In this document: positions 1 through 14,749 of the stretch, piece by piece
Layout of the letters: each line of letters begins with the position of its first letter
How positions within the stretch are numbered: the first letter of the stretch is position 1
From: Ramazzottius varieornatus
Taxonomy: Eukaryota; Animalia; Tardigrada
Reading direction: 5' to 3'
DNA length: 64,000 bases
Assembly: GCA_001949185.1 (NCBI GenBank)
Contig: BDGG01000003.1
Location: 5,267,092 to 5,331,091, forward strand
Program-made: the position numbers and the translations under genes
The notes under the pieces: generated by a model
What the model was told of the DNA's origin: nothing
The model's input: the letters and a program-made list of their open reading frames with translations, nothing else
Database searches by the model: none

Positions 1-3000
1 GGAAAAACTCTCATCGAAGGCGGAAGCTCAACAAACCAATCAAGCGAGGAAGCATTCGTGCCCCTCTTCCCCACCAAACTCGCGCATTGTCCCCTTTGTG
101 ACTCCGGATATTTCAATCAATCAACACAGACAGCCCATGACTATTTTCGAGTGCGCCGCTGCAGTGGGGTTGTTGGTGATACTTCGCTGTGAATGCGCAC
201 TTGCATGTCTGGATTGTGGAACAGTCCTGTGTACCTTGAATTGCCTGGCTGACACCTGCACCTGTTCAATTGACCATCGCTTGAACTGGGTTGACTTCTG
301 AACCCAAAAAAGAACAAAACGGAGCTCCGGCATGTGACACGTACAGCTTCAAAACTTGTCTTTGATTTCTTACCAGTCTGGAGAAACAGGTTTTGTCTAG
401 CTTTTATAAATGGCAAATACGTTCACATACCCGTCAACTCTTGTCGAGTTAGAAGATTTTAGCTGAATGACTTGCAGTCTTGCATGGCCGAATTTAATGT
501 ACGAGTAACTAAGTCCTCCTAACCTTGTGAACTTGACGCTCTTTTTGAATGAGGAAGTGTTTCCTTCCATCACGCAATCAAGCTTTTACGAACAGAGGGT
601 GGAACGATCATCGGAATGTGCGTAATGGGTGTTAATCGATGGCGGCAAGCGGCCGTTTTCCCCACTGGCGCACGCTGTTATTGTCATAGGCAGCAGGCAT
701 GCGCCACTTATCATAAAGTCTTCTGCAGTATGGCTGTTCAACCAATCAAGCTTAGAGTGGCATGTGTGGATGAGTGCACGTGGTGGGTGCATGTGAAGGC
801 TTGCGGCACCCTACATCTTGTTTATGCAAGTTTGTGGAGATAAGGCAAAGTTGGCAGCCGGCAACTGACGCACCATGATAGTCTGCACGTTGGTCGCTTC
901 GTCTTTGTGCTGAATTGCTGAATTGCCAAATTGCTGAATCGCCCAAGACCTTCCTCTTCACAAGTGGCTGGCTGCATGGGGCCCGGACCCGGCCAGAAAC
1001 AATGGCAAAAAAGCACCGTGGTCTCCCCCCTTAACCATCGGCATCCGTGGCGTCTAAAATATTATTCTAATTGCTAGCCGATATATGATGGATACTTGTG
1101 TAACTGGTTTTTTATTAGTCCGCTTGCAGAAACAGGACACTTGCCAAGGTCTACGCACACTCTCAATAAAGTGTCATCTCAGCAAAAGTTTATGCACCGT
1201 TTCACACCTGTGCAGTACGTACAACCAGCGTCTCCCCAACGCCGACGCCGACGAAGGCTCTGGAAAACCCCTTGAGATTACCCGACATCGACACATGGAT
1301 CCCAAAGTTAGCCATCTTGCTTTCTGCCGTCTTGCAGCAGTAAGCACCAGGTTTTCGCCTATAGTTGGCTCCTTGTACGGTTTACCGCCTGGTCTGGACT
1401 GCGACAGCGCCAGTCCCAGATAAAGCGCCGCACTCATACCGCCCACCACTGCAGGCAATGCGCGACTAGCTTGATATTGAATGGAAGTCATGTGCCAGAC
1501 CGTGTAGTCCCAGTCAGAGGTAAACTGGCGCACATAGAAATGCGTCCTACGGTACCCGATGCGCGACTTGAGGACGGCAGGCCAGTATCTTTGAATCAAT
1601 ATGGGATATACACACGTGATACAAGAGCTGCTGACTATTAGGCCAATGGGCACGTGAAGGGGAGGCCGGTACGTTGTGTGTAGTTGATTTGGAGGCAGCC
1701 AATGGTGGTGAAGGCGTGCCTGCACAAGGCCCGCCCACGCAGACATACGCACTGCGCCGCGTCCGCCAGAAGCTCGGCACGGGACGCGACTTGTTCGTAA
1801 CCAGCAACTCATCATATTATATCCGCCAGTCGTTCCGAAGACGCTCTCTGCTGCGTTTGCCGGTCGTCGCGTTGATTAATCCCCCCTCTTCGGTAAAGGC
1901 AATTTTATACATTCTCCGTCGTCGCCGGAAAAATCTTGGCACTGTTTTCTCCAGATATTTCTTCCGGTGATTATTATGCTAAAAACAGTGGTTTGTCGAC
2001 GCCTTCATACTGATCCATTGACTGCTCTCCTTCATACGCCCATCTTTTCCCACCATTCATCCAATTATCATTCGGCTGAAAGATTTACCTACCGTCAGTC
2101 ATGTCTGTAAGTCCATTCACTTCCTTATGGTTTCGCCTCATGGTTTTGATCTAATTCACCCGTCATACCGCTTCCTTCCGTCCGTTTTCTTCAAAAGGGA
2201 CAGCCTAAACGTTCCGCTAACCAATTGGACACAAGTGTTTGCCTCAGTGGCGCACGTTGACGGTGCTGTTGGCTGACCGTCTGCGCCACTTGGGTTAACC
2301 CTCTGGTCGAGCTGGTCCAACTGGCGCATGTTGACAGTGTGATTGGCTGGGAGTGTGCGCCATTTGGAACAGTGATATTGCCGACGTCTCAGCTATGGTA
2401 TGGATTATGGCCGAGTGTGGGTGAGGGACCGGAAGTGCTGTCTGACAGTTGAGAGGGAAGAGCGGGATGGGGGGAGTTCAATGCTATTTATCTATGGGAA
2501 TGACGCACATTCGTCTTGCATTAAGATATGCGTGCGTAGGATATTTGCCTCCCCTCCGTACTACACTTTTCTTAGTTGCTGCGTTTTTTTCGGCGATCGA
2601 TAATAGCCTCCCCACACATTGCCATATTGACGTGTGAGTTTTTCTCCTGTGGAGAAACATTGACGGGAGACAGACACGTCCTGTATAAATATACAGTATA
2701 GGCGCGCTGACAACACGTTTCCGTCTTGAGAGTCGTTCAAGACGAAACTTTCTGGCTGACGGGCATTTCTTCTCTTTGGAAAAATTGTGCTGACATAAAG
2801 GAAGGGGCAAACGACCGGCATTTGAAATTTCTGCCAATTATAACGACTGGATATTCCGCAGATCAGGTTTAAGCGTTTAAGTGCAGTAGAGGAATTTTGC
2901 ATATTCTCTTCCTCAACGTTGAGGGTTTGCTCGGCCAGACGGATAACTCTACCCAGTAGGAAAGAAAGGAAGTCTTGGTCTGCCCCCAAGGCTGACCATT

Positions 3001-3723
3001 TCAAGACTCATCAAGACAGAATTCATAGCGGAGCTGGGCAGACGGGCTCGACTAGATTTTTAAGTGGCGCACGTGTCCATGGTTATTGGCCAGAGTCGTG
3101 CGCCACTTGGAAGAAGCGATCTGGTCCAGTTCTATTCGTTGTCCGAAGCGGTGCACGTTGTTAGTGATAATAGCTGGAAGCGTGCGCCACTTGGAGGAAG
3201 GATCTGCTGGAATATTCTTGGCGAGCTTCCAATTGTTATCGCGATACGAAGTTAGGAAGGCTGCAAGTTCTGCTGGTATACGAGTCGGGTTTTCCGCGAA
3301 GAAGCGCCAACTGCAGTCACGAAGTCAGCATGCAGGCTAGCAGACAGGCTGTAAAGTCTCACGTGCTCGTTCGGAATTGTGTACCCAGCCTGATGAGTTT
3401 GTTGAGCGAGTAAAAAGGCGGGGTCTGGCCATCTTGATGCAAATGCACGGTCGGGCACAACGCTTACCAGACAAAGTATGCGGGTGCGTGATGGTGACTG
3501 GCATCCACTAATGGAAGCGGTCTCAGTGCTGCAGTCTACAGCTGTCAAATGGGTCAGATTGATTGATGATTGATTGACCATTTAGCCCCCAGTGTACTGT
3601 ATTATTCCCTCTATGATTGCATCATCCTCTGGTCTTCCCGTTTTCTTTCCTTTGCTTCATCCCGACATGTTCTTTGGCAAATTGGCCATGATGGTAACGA
3701 GGGTGGTTTTGTGTGTGTTGTAG

Positions 3724-5147
3724 ATGAACGCCTCTCGTCACGTTGGTGGGCCGTCAGCTTCCGCCGATCCCTTCCTCTTTTCCAAGCAGGACATTGCTGC
3801 CCATTTGGACTTAGACAGCTTGTGTAGCGGCCAGTGGAGCTCCTCATCGTCCTCCTCCCACTCGTCCAGCTTCTTCCCCGAGTCGCCCGAACAGTACTGC
3901 CCTTCGTCGGCACCCGTCTCGCCCCAGCCCAGCGTCAACCTCGAACTGTGGTCCAGCCAGACGTCCATCAAGCAAGAAGGCGACTACTACCACCACTACC
4001 ACCACCACCACAAAGAGGAACTCTTGATTGATTGCCTGGAAGACTTGAATTCCTACATTATTAACATTGACTCACACTCGCAAGGCACTTCGCCCATCTA
4101 CGACTTCCCTTCCGTCACGCTGGAGACGTCTGCTGAAGAGATTGACTTTGACACGTGCTACAAGGACTTTCTGCAGTTGGTCAATTCTCAACCGCTACCG
4201 CCACCGACTCCGACCATCAAGCAAGAAGAAGCCTTTCCTCTGCCTTCTCCTACTGTCACTAACAGGAGACCCAGAAGGAAAGCCCACAAGATGGAGTCGG
4301 ACGAGACGGCCTCCACCTCCCCTTCAGAGTCGTCCCTGACCAAGAAGCCGCGGACGGCTAAACAGCCGCCAGCCCACAAGAAGAAACTGACCAAGAATAC
4401 CAAGGTGGCCCTGCCCAAGAAGAGTCCCGAGCAATACTCCAACGGTTACTCGGACCATCTCGCCAACGGTCATGCAGCCGACACGTCAAGGAGAGCTTCG
4501 CCATCGCTGACCATGTCCACATCGACCAGTGCCTCAGACTCGGAATCCATGTCGCTCGGCGGCACGCGCAAAACCACCAGGTCTCTTAAAGACCGCTCTC
4601 CCGAAGGTCAGCAACTATAGCCCACTTTCAAACCTTAGCAGACAACATTGACAAGGTCGTTTCAGCAAGTGGCGCACGCTCTTGGTGATAGTGGCAGGAA
4701 GAAAGCGCCACTTGCGGCAAGCAATCGTCTCCGGTTTGATTGTTGCTCCAAGTGGCGCACATTGCCATGGTTATTGGCTGGAAGAGTGCGCAGCTTGGGA
4801 AAACGATTTGGTCGAGTTTGTCTGCCACCTCCCATTCAGTCTTTATCCTACGGATAAGCCATAAAAGAGAAGGATTATGACATGTGGTTTTTTTGTGTGG
4901 TGTAGCTTATAGTCGGCGGAGGGAAAAGAACAACATTGCCGTGCGGAAGAGTCGGGAGAAGAAGCGGCAAGAAATCAAGAAGTTTGCCGACGAGCACATG
5001 AAACTCAAGAGGGAGGTGGAGCAGATGCGGACGCAGAACGAGAAGCTACGGGTTCTGGTCAGCGAAGTGGAGGAAGGTATCTTGGACAAGTCCAAGACGG
5101 AACTGGCGGCCATGATCCAGAAAGTCAAGAAGCAGATGGACTGGTAA
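3724..5147 (+). CDS. C/EBP-family bZIP transcription factor (exons 3724-4606, 4906-5147)
   Basis: Ser/Pro-rich N-terminal region with a His run. A phase-1 GT-AG intron (4607-4905) joins it to DRSPEAYSRRREKNNIAVRKSREKKR followed by a leucine-zipper heptad. NNIAVRKSR is the C/EBP basic-region signature. Confidence 0.85.
4666..4797 (+). repeat. Example two-unit palindromic cluster in the bZIP intron
   Basis: CAAGTGGCGCAC-25nt-AAGCGCCACTTG, a linker, then CAAGTGGCGCAC-25nt-GTGCGCAGCTTG. Confidence 0.85.
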
Positions 5148-7253
5148 AGAAGACCTTCAAACGACAGCCTTTCTTCCGGTGTGTTTTCTCCTTCCTTTCC
5201 GCATTTCTCCCTTGTGGGTTCCCTCCCCGAAATCGTGGATAGTTTGATGGGTTGTTGTTGCTGTTGGTTTGGCAGGCATTGATACTGGGATAAAGTTTTT
5301 CAGCCGTACCAAAGTTTCTAAATTGAAATTATTATCATTTTACCCATTATACCCATCTGATCCATATTCTTTTCTCTTTCCTTCATTCTACCTTCTCCTC
5401 TTAGCAAAGTCTTTTCCTATTTATGCTTGTTGCTTGGTTGAAGTCTGTTGTTATACTGGCCTCTCGAAGGCTTTGTTGGATGGATTTCGCCTTTTGTTGT
5501 CGAAGACGGAAGTCCTTCTTGCCTCAACAAAGAAGGACTCGTTTTCGTGAAACCAGTGGCCTTTAGATATTTTATGTAACTTTGTACTGACAAGAAAATA
5601 TCGACCGGGTTGTCGGGTCGGATTGTCTCCACGGGTTTTCTCTGTTCAATAAAAACATATTAAAATAAGAAATTCATTGTCTGCTCAACATCGGCATCAA
5701 TTGTGGGACGTTGGCAAATGATTTCACCCAGATCGGTACCCCAGTGGCGCACATTCTCATTGCTATTAGGTTAAGAAGTGCGCCGCTTGGTAAAACTATC
5801 TCGAAACTCGACCAGATTGTTTTCCGAAGTGGCGCGCGCTTCCAGTGTTGTTAGGTGAGACCGTGCGTCACTTGTGAAAACCATGTGGGTGAATATATTT
5901 TCCGACGTCCCTTTTCTATTTTCTAGGCAAACCGGTTACGGTGCTTGCCAAACGGAGGCCATAGCAGTGACCTTGGTGTCAGCAGGGCAATCATTGTGAC
6001 TTGGTGGATCTGGCGATCGGGCTGAAAATGATGGGAAGGAATGGGACAAGATACAGAAGTGCTGTGAGCTGGTGTCTCTCTGGCCTTGTGAAGATGCAGC
6101 GCTAAATTTACATGACGTTTGTTTGTTTTTACTGCGGCAACAGGGAAAGGACCTTTGAGCGTCTGTGCAGCCTGGCAATTCCCATCATAGAATAATGGTC
6201 AGAGTTATCGATCATCCTTTGCCAAGAGGCTCATCCGGGCTATAGACTAAAGAGGAGGACGAAATGGCACAGCAAGACAAGAGTGTATCGTATTTCACTA
6301 CTCGCTCTGTACTTCTTTCCGAGGTTTGCGCATGCACAAAGTTGTCGCCGAACAAACAAGGAAGTAATGAGTGTTGGATATCGTAAAGAAGCGTCATTGT
6401 TCCGACTGTATGACGATCTTTGGCATCGTCAACCTGCTAAATGTTCTCGTCAAGTGGCGGGGCCGGCTGGCTGGCTGGCCAGCCGGAAATACCTCGTGGC
6501 GCAAAGCTGGTATCAATATCGGGAAACGGGGAAAGAAGCAGAAGGGTCGTTTAGGAGGTGGGGCCAGTATCAACTTTCCAAGAGCCAAAACCGTGACGGA
6601 AGACGGACGGTTCTTTCGGTGGCTGAGCAAACAGCCGTGACCGCCACAGGCGTCTTCCTGCCTGTTCGACGCTCTGGACCCGGTTGGAGGTTGTACAATC
6701 GGCGCAGTTGGGCTGGGCGACGCTGTAGGAAGGTTGGCTGCTTCTCGTTGCTTTCCATCGCTGATACTCAGAACGATGCTTGTGAGCAGCTTCCGCAAGC
6801 CTGAAGAGCCTTCAGACGACTCTTGGGCCCTCTTAATTTTCCTCAGCACTTTGACGACAGACGCAACCCCGTCATTATGTGTTGTCTGGCGCGATAGTCT
6901 TTGTGGGCTCTTCGCCAGACAAAAGTCCCGACTTACGGTCCGAAAAAAAGTTTCAAAGCAGTTGGTCGAACGCATAGTACGAGTTTCTACCAACAGGAGC
7001 TCGGCACAGAGACATAGCCAGATCGCTTTTCCCAGCGGCGCACGTTTCCGGCTAGTATAACTAGAACATGCGTTACTTGGGAGAACGATCTGCTCCAGCT
7101 GGTTTGCCGAGCACTCAACAGGCTCATGGGACACTTTTGTTCGTACGGACGAACTTTTAGTCGCGACTAAAAGATCCAGGTCCGAGGGAAGATGTTCGCG
7201 GAGGTGTGAAAACCATGTTTGGCTTTATCGAAAAATAAGATATAAGATGTTTA

Positions 7254-7454
7254 CTTTAAAATTCTGATCATTTCGGACAGAATTTAANNNNNNNNNNNNN
7301 NNNNNNNNNNNNNNNNNNNNNNNNNNNNNNNNNNNNNCGATCGTCGATCAGCTCAACGAAAATCGACATGTAGTAAAGTAAAACATATCTACGACCTAGG
7401 ATACAAATGCACGCACGTACTTAAATTCTGTCCGAAATCATCGGAATTTTAAAG
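7254..7454. mobile_element. TA-flanked MITE spanning the assembly gap
   Basis: Imperfect inverted repeats of about 33 bp (CTTTAAAATTCTGATCATTTCGGACAGAATTTAA / TTAAATTCTGTCCGAAATCATCGGAATTTTAAAG) on either side of the N run, with TA on both flanks. True length is unknown because of the gap. Confidence 0.65.
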
Positions 7455-8543
7455 TAGCTTTTTTGAAAACATACTATAGTAACAAATGCCTGGATGAAGC
7501 AAGTGCCGCCATCTCACAACAGAATATCCCAGCTACAGATGGCGCCAAAGTTGCTCAAAGCACCGTCGAGTTATTCCTCCATACGCGTTTCGCTTCCGGT
7601 TAACGTTGTACTTCTTTCCACCAAACAGCACCCAAACACGGGCTTCTCCCGTTGAGGAAACGTCGGTTAGAAGTACAATGAAAAGCACAAAACATGAAGC
7701 CCCGGATGTTGTACCTTCTACTGTACGAGTACAACTTCATACTTTATACCGCGCCAAGCAGATTCGACGCGTTGCAATGCTTCAGGGAGGAATATATAAA
7801 TTAAGGGAATGTCGTAAAACCTACGTACGCTGACCAGACTAGAATCCGAAATTACGTATAATTTACAACGTTTAAGGCTGGAAATGTGTTGTGAGTCTTC
7901 CGCTCTGCGCCATCATCCCCTGCGTATATCCGGTTTTCAACTTCCCATACGTCCATTACTAAAGGTTGATCTAGCTGGCGCGCTGCTTTCCAGTTTGCTT
8001 ACGGCTTAAAACTTCCATATTCCCTAAGCGGTGAAATTTTGCACCTAGAGTCCAGGACCCCGTCTACGTTTGTCTCCTTTGTACTGTATTCGGATACGTG
8101 TATACCTGCGGAAGTGATCAGTGCAACTCGTAAGTGCAAAAATGTCCCTTGAGAGTGACAACACACTTTGGCCTTGTGTCAAATCTAGCACATCCGTAAA
8201 AGTCACATTTATCCATTGACAATTGACTATCCAAGGTCTCAGCCACTGCAGGGTGCAGTTTTGTAGAGATATCGTGGACGGTACGAAAGCTAGTGCCAAT
8301 ATCTGACAATAGGCAAACGGTTTCACTCAGTCGTTTCCTTAAGTGACGCACGTCATCATTATTGTTAGCCGAGAGTGTGCGCTACACGGGAAAACGATCT
8401 GAGAGCTCGACAAGATTATTTCCTTAAGTGGCGCACGCTTTCAGTGTTCTGAACTGAGAGAGTGCGCCACTGGGAAAACGTGCTCTGTGAATTCATCGCA
8501 GTAGAGCTATCGTTACAGGGTTCGCAGCCGAATACCAGCAAAG

Positions 8544-11500
8544 ATGGACAGTGACGAGTTCGCCGTAGCTGGTCGCCAAATGATCGACTATGTCATCCAC
8601 TATCTGGAGAATATTCGCGACCGTCGAGTGTTTCCCACGGTCAAGCCCGGATACCTACGTGAGCTCATCCCGAAGGACGCACCGGAAAAGGGCGAAACCT
8701 GGGAAGCCGTTTTCGGTGACATCGAACGCGTCATCATGCCTGGTGTAAGCCTTCTCTTCTGCTTGCTAATTACCACTTACTTTCTCCATTGTGATATTCT
8801 CTGCAGATCACGCACTGGCACAGTCCACGCTTCAATGCCTTCTTCCCGACGGCCAACTCCTACCCGGCCATCCTGGCGGACATTTTGAGCGATGCCATCG
8901 GCTGTATCGGCTTTACATGGGTAAGGACCAGATCTCAAAATGAGGGGAGATGTTTGACTCATAATTTATTCGGCAAGCATGTAACGGCGATATGGATCGC
9001 TTTGCTTGCTTAGCGCCAAGCAAGCTCAGGATGTCGTCGGATGCTATAATAGCTGTGACATTTTCACATCAACTTTCACCCAATGATTTCATGCATTACC
9101 GGTCGAGCATCACGTCCCTGTCAGGTTTCAATAAAGGAACGCTTCAAAGGCACAGGATCGATTGCCACTCCAAATAGGACCGTATCGTTACAGCACGATA
9201 TCCGGTAATGGCGCTTTCGGGTTCCGCTGCCGACTGTAATTGTATCCTTATCTCGGGCTTCCAAATGATATGGATAGTGTTCTGCAAATTACACGTATTC
9301 AGCCTAAAGTAATAAGCCAGTGCAAGTGGAACCCACGAAGGAACTCGGTAGGGCTGGTAGGGTACCTTGCAATACAAAAAGAAAGGCGCAACTTGAAGCG
9401 GCCTCTGCAGGCGGAGCCTCCGGTTTTCTGACGTCAAGCGCGATGCGGCATTAGATCGGCCTTTACTTCTGTACACGCATGACGTCATCTTGTGCTCATA
9501 CTTGTGTAGGTTGATTGTTCCGTTCTCTTGATTTTTTTACTCTAAAATTTCGCTTTTAAATTCGAACATTCGATAAATTTTCTTCCTCCGTTTCCTTCTC
9601 TCCCCATATTTCTGCTCTACCATTGAATTACTAAGGTGCAATTCGATCCTTCGGACACGAAACGGACGTCTCTGAGAGCCAAGCGCCACGTCCGCGTGTG
9701 AGGAGAAGTCTTCGTGGTTCAAATTGTCTTTTCCTTGTAGGCTGCAAGTCCATCATGCACGGAGTTGGAAGTGGTGATGATGGACTGGTTAGCCAAATTG
9801 CTGAAGTTGCCAGCAGAATTCCTAGCTTGCGAAGGGGGCAAAGGAGGCGGTGTAATTCAGGTATGTCCTCGACTCTATAACGCTCCAGAAAGGCAAATTG
9901 TAACGTCGGCGATAAGTTTCCATATCGTTTTTACAAGTGGCGCACCCTCTCCAATAATAAAACTGTAAACGTGCACCACCTGGGAAAATTAAACTGGTCA
10001 AGATAGTTTTCTCCAGTGGCGGCGGTGGCGCATCCTCTCGGGCAATAACTGTGGAAACGTGCGCCACTGCACTTACTCTGCTTTTCATCCTTGCAGGGAA
10101 CGGCGAGCGAGGCGACCGTGGTGGGCTGCCTGGCCGCGAAGTCCCGCAAGATCAAGGCAATTAAGGAAGAAGACAAGGAGCATCCGGAAATTACCGAACG
10201 AGATATCCTGTCAAAGCTAATGTGCTACGCGTCCGACCAAGCCCATTCTTCGGTGGAGAGAGCGGCGTTGTTGGGCGCGCTGAACATCCGACTGATCAAG
10301 AGCAACGAAGACTTCTCCATGGACCCGAAGCTGCTGGAAGAAGCGATACAGAAAGACAAAGCTGATGGATTGATTCCTTTTTACGTAAGACTTGCACTTT
10401 CCATTTACCTTTCCTGGTTTGATGGAAAAGAAGTCAGGAATTTCTTCTAGGTGGTGGCAACCTTAGGATCGACTCCCTGCTGCGCCTTCGACTCCCTGGT
10501 AGACATCGGGCCGATCTGCCAGCGGGAGAAGGTCTGGCTCCATGTTGACGCTGCTTATGCTGGTAGTGCGTTCATCTGCCCGGAGTTCCGCCATTACATG
10601 GAAGGCATCGAGTACGCGGACTCCTTCAACTTCAACCCGCACAAATGGATGCTGGTCAACTTTGACTGCTCGGCCATGTGGTAGGATATTGGTAGTCTTG
10701 TTTCTCGTATATCTTCATCAAGCAAGTCAAATATTACGGCAGTCGTGACGTCACCCAGCTGGCTTCTCTGTCGCCAGGTGGCGCTTTCTGAACCGGAAGT
10801 GCTAGCGATATCATCAGAAAAGCATTTTTCGCATCGCAACCGTTTCTTTTCCAGTTATGGAAATCCTAGAAAAGGTTTTCGGCTTTGCACTATATAGCTT
10901 AAGAAGCTCTTGTGTTTTTAGGATCAAGGATAGCGCGGAACTGGTGGAGGCGTTTAATGTGGACCCGCTGTATCTTCGCCACGACAAGCAAGGACTTGTT
11001 CCAGATTATCGCGTAAGCTACATTTTGTTCCTTTGCTGATCATACTGTACATCTGCGTAGGCGCAAATGTCTATATCAAATGCTTAACTCTGAGCATGTT
11101 ATGTCTTTTTTGCAGCACTGGCAAATTCCACTGGGACGTCGTTTCCGGTCGCTGAAGTTATGGTTCGTTTTGCGCATGTACGGGGTCGAGGGAATTCAAG
11201 GGCACATCCGACAGGTTCGTAACCGCTCTGTACTGATTCGGATCTGGTCACAAGTGACGACTTTCTGCCTTTGTAGCAAGTCGCGTTGGCGAAAGAATTC
11301 GAACAGCTGTTGAAAGACGATAATCGTTTCGAGATTGTCGTTCCTGTTCGAATGGGTCTCGTCTGCTTACGTCTCAAGGTACGACCAATAACCTTGTTGA
11401 AAACTGTTATTTCTGTGGCTCTTGGCAAACAAACTTAGCAAGGTCGTTTGCCAAGTGGCGCACGTTTACCGTGTTACTGGCTAAAATCATGCGCCACTGG

Positions 11501-11894
11501 AAATTAATATTGTCCAGTTTGTTTGTTTTCCAAAATGACGCACTCTCCTAGCGAAGTCAGCTGGAAGTGTGCGCCATTTGTGGAAACGATCCATTTGAGC
11601 TCGTCTGCCGATATTCCCTTCGTCGTTTGGAAAACTTTCTCAAAATTTTAGGGATCGAACGAACTAAGTGAGAAGCTTCTTAAGCGAATCAACGAATCTG
11701 GCAAGATTTACGTGACGCCTTCCAAGCTTCGTGAAAAGTACATTATTCGTTTCTGTGTCTGTGCCACCCGCACGAACTCGGAAGACATCAAGTACAGCTG
11801 GAAGGTCATCAGTGACTTCGCCAAAGAAATCCTGGAAGAGAACAAGCACGATGCGAAGAAGCCGGTCGCTCAGTTGGCCACTGCGGAAGAGTAA
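8544..11894 (+). CDS. Ddc: Aromatic-L-amino-acid (DOPA) decarboxylase, about 9 coding exons
   Basis: Group II PLP decarboxylase motifs: [68 protein letters not shown], the PLP-lysine motif [18 protein letters not shown], and [18 protein letters not shown]. These read as Ddc rather than Hdc or Tdc. Confidence 0.92.
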
Positions 11895-14749
11895 AACGAT
11901 ATCATTCCAGGTGGCGCTTCAACAAAATAGAAATAATTACCCACGGTAGGGTTTTTAGTCTCTGTCGATGTTTTCTTGGTGAGTTACATTGAGTATTTTA
12001 CGATATTTATTACCAAAACACGGGCGAGGGTTTTACGTTGTGGCTGAAGGACCTTCGGACCTGGTTGCAGTTGGCTGAAGGCTATAGCGAAGGTTATCGA
12101 GGGTCCTTATCACGGCTGTGTTTACTTTATGAGCATTTGATACTCACTGATTATTTTTTCCATATTCACATATCGGGCATCTGTCTGAATTGTGTGTTCG
12201 TCAGCACTGAATAATCATAAGTCGATTTATCGTGACGTCGTAAAGTAACAGAAAATATTACATCTGTCAAACCGGAAAGAATCAGTATCGAAAATCCGTG
12301 AAAATTTTTTCTAAAAATCGCTCCTTCCTGTAACAAACTAACAAAGCTCTCCAGATTTTTGTTTACAACTTTCGTAACTTTCGTTTATCATTGGGGAAAT
12401 TTAGGTGAGAATCCCGTTTTATTTCTTTACGATTTTTGCTTGTGGTATTTTTTCGATATTGACAGAAAATTCTCTTTGTTTTTTTCAGCAGGCGAGTGAA
12501 GCTTGACTGCTTTTGCGGTTGAGACTTGAGAGGCCGTTCACGCTGGTAGACGACGTGGAGCTTTTCCTCGTGCTGGCTGTAGTACGCAGCGAAGGCGGAA
12601 GATATGCGGCAAAGGCGTGGCATGTCTTTGTGCGGAGGTGGCTAATATCATCGAAGCAAAAAGTCGCTGCACGTTCAACGTTATTCTCGATGATGCCGGT
12701 TTACAACTGTGGGTAAACCAACAAGGCCTCGATACTCGATGAAATGGTGGTAGAATAGCTCAGCGTCATCTCTTCCTTCTTGCCGGTTTCAGCCGTTTGA
12801 ACGCAATCACGTTTCTAGCATGGCGTCATGTGCTTGAAAAGACTTCACTGCACACACACGTTGATGTACTTGAATGTGTAGCTGAATGGAAGTTTTCAAG
12901 GTTATAGAGATATGACCCCGCTTCGAATATTGCCTTCCTCTCGTTGCGAGAAGTGCTGGCGCCGCGCTTTCTTGTATCGAGTGGCTGTTAATCCAGATCA
13001 AGCGACCTTTTCAGGCTTTTGATGGGGATTGTCCCCTATTGTTCCGACAAATGGCTGCCACCAGAACGTGCCGCTGCAGCGAGAAGTATGGCAGTTACAA
13101 TGGCGCTCCCCCTTCTCCTTGTTTGGTCACTTCAGTCCTAATCTTCTTCCAACTGTGTTAATGCTGATGGATGGTCAGTGCTTCTGCCTGTCCCTGCCTC
13201 AATCTCAGCTTTCATCCATCAATCCATTATGGAATTTCAAATATAAAAAGAGCACATATAACTTAGGTAGAAATGAGTCCGTTAAGCTGTATTCGCCGAC
13301 CAATGGGCAAGAGCAGGCTTATGACTTTGAAAACAGGAAAACGTTTCGTGTGCAGTCGATATCGCGTACGACGACTCTTGACTTCCTCGTTGATCGGGCC
13401 GTGTTCTGGATACTTCGGTCGCTCGTCATCCCACTTACTCATCCTCTCCACTTCTCCACACGTTACCGTTATCCAGAGTGAATCATTCCATCGCCAGTGG
13501 TGAAAGTCGGTTCTGCGCAAATAGAATTATCGATATTTGCCAGACCGGCGCGAAAGCGAAACGTACAAAAGATTGTTATTTCAAGTGGCGCACACATCCA
13601 GCCAATACCACTGTCAGCGTGCGCCACTGGCAGGATCGTCTTTCCAAAGGGCCCACGCTTTCAGTTAGTGACAGCGGAGAGCTGCGCCACTTGGAACAAC
13701 GAACTTGTACGGCTGGTTCGCCGCCAAAGGGGAAAACCCCGGTCAGGATTTGATCTGCCTTCTTTTCCTATGACCTGTCGGGATCCATGTGACTGTAATT
13801 AGCGGAAGATTGATGACAGAATAAAGTCGACACAAACTACTAATCGTAAGTGAGGCATATTTAATTTTGAAATTATATACAAATCGATACAAAGAAAGGA
13901 AAGCGCTTTGGGGTTGTAGCTTGTCATTCGACGTGGCTTGGGAAGGAAAGATCTTGGCCGGATTGCATGTATCGTTCCACTGTTGGGGATGCACGGATGC
14001 CCGGTAATCCAGCGGAATTGGTCCAGGAGAGTCGAAGAAAACGAGCTGGGGAGCAGAAATCCTGGTGGTCAAATTAACGACTGTGCCAATCAGAAACTGG
14101 TCTTCCTGATGGTTAAGCCAATGGGGGTGCAAAGAAGAAAAATCCATTGTGTGCTATCAGTCCATGATACGGTAGGGTTGGCCGTCAGGGTGCACTTTTC
14201 CCACCGGCTTCCACCATTCCATTTCTCAAGTACGGAAGAAGCCCACGCTAATAACCTCAAGGTTCGTTCAACAGCTGATTTTGGCGTGAACCGGAGACGC
14301 TTAGGACCAGCCAGCCAGTGGGGTCCTACGAGCGGGCTGGTCACAAGTAGGCACGGCAGTCCTACGAGAAAGTTAGAGTGGGTGACGGTTCCACTGTGGA
14401 GTTGAGCGGTGACGGGCATGTGGTGGAATGGCCAGCCCTAAGCTGCTCGAGTTAGAACGATCCAGTTTTGACGGCTTACGTGTATGTAAGGCTCGTACAA
14501 CACAGCCCGATACAAGCGTGTTTGTGCTGCTGCGGCGAAGAAAGACTTGGGCGAGTTGGCCAGTGGTGTGATGCGGTGCTTGCTTAGAACACGATGGATT
14601 TGTAGAAGCCACCATCTTTACCAGCTCATGCGGAGGTCTTAGCAATTTTAACCCTTTAACGCTTTTTATTCTACCTTATCAGTATTACTAGTCTTTCAGC
14701 AGGCTTCCCTGGCCTTCCCACTTTGGCGTCAGCGCTTTCCACTGATCTC

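Noticed and set aside
1174-1970. ORFs of 213 aa (-) and 98 aa (+) near the window start
   Set aside because: No recognisable homology, and they overlap degenerate repeat units.
6283-7134. Overlapping ORFs of 173 aa (+) and 246 aa (-)
   Set aside because: No recognisable domain or coherent splice structure, and the minus ORF runs through a palindrome repeat unit.
7288-7337. Run of N
   Set aside because: Assembly gap, not a biological feature. It is probably caused by the surrounding inverted-repeat element.
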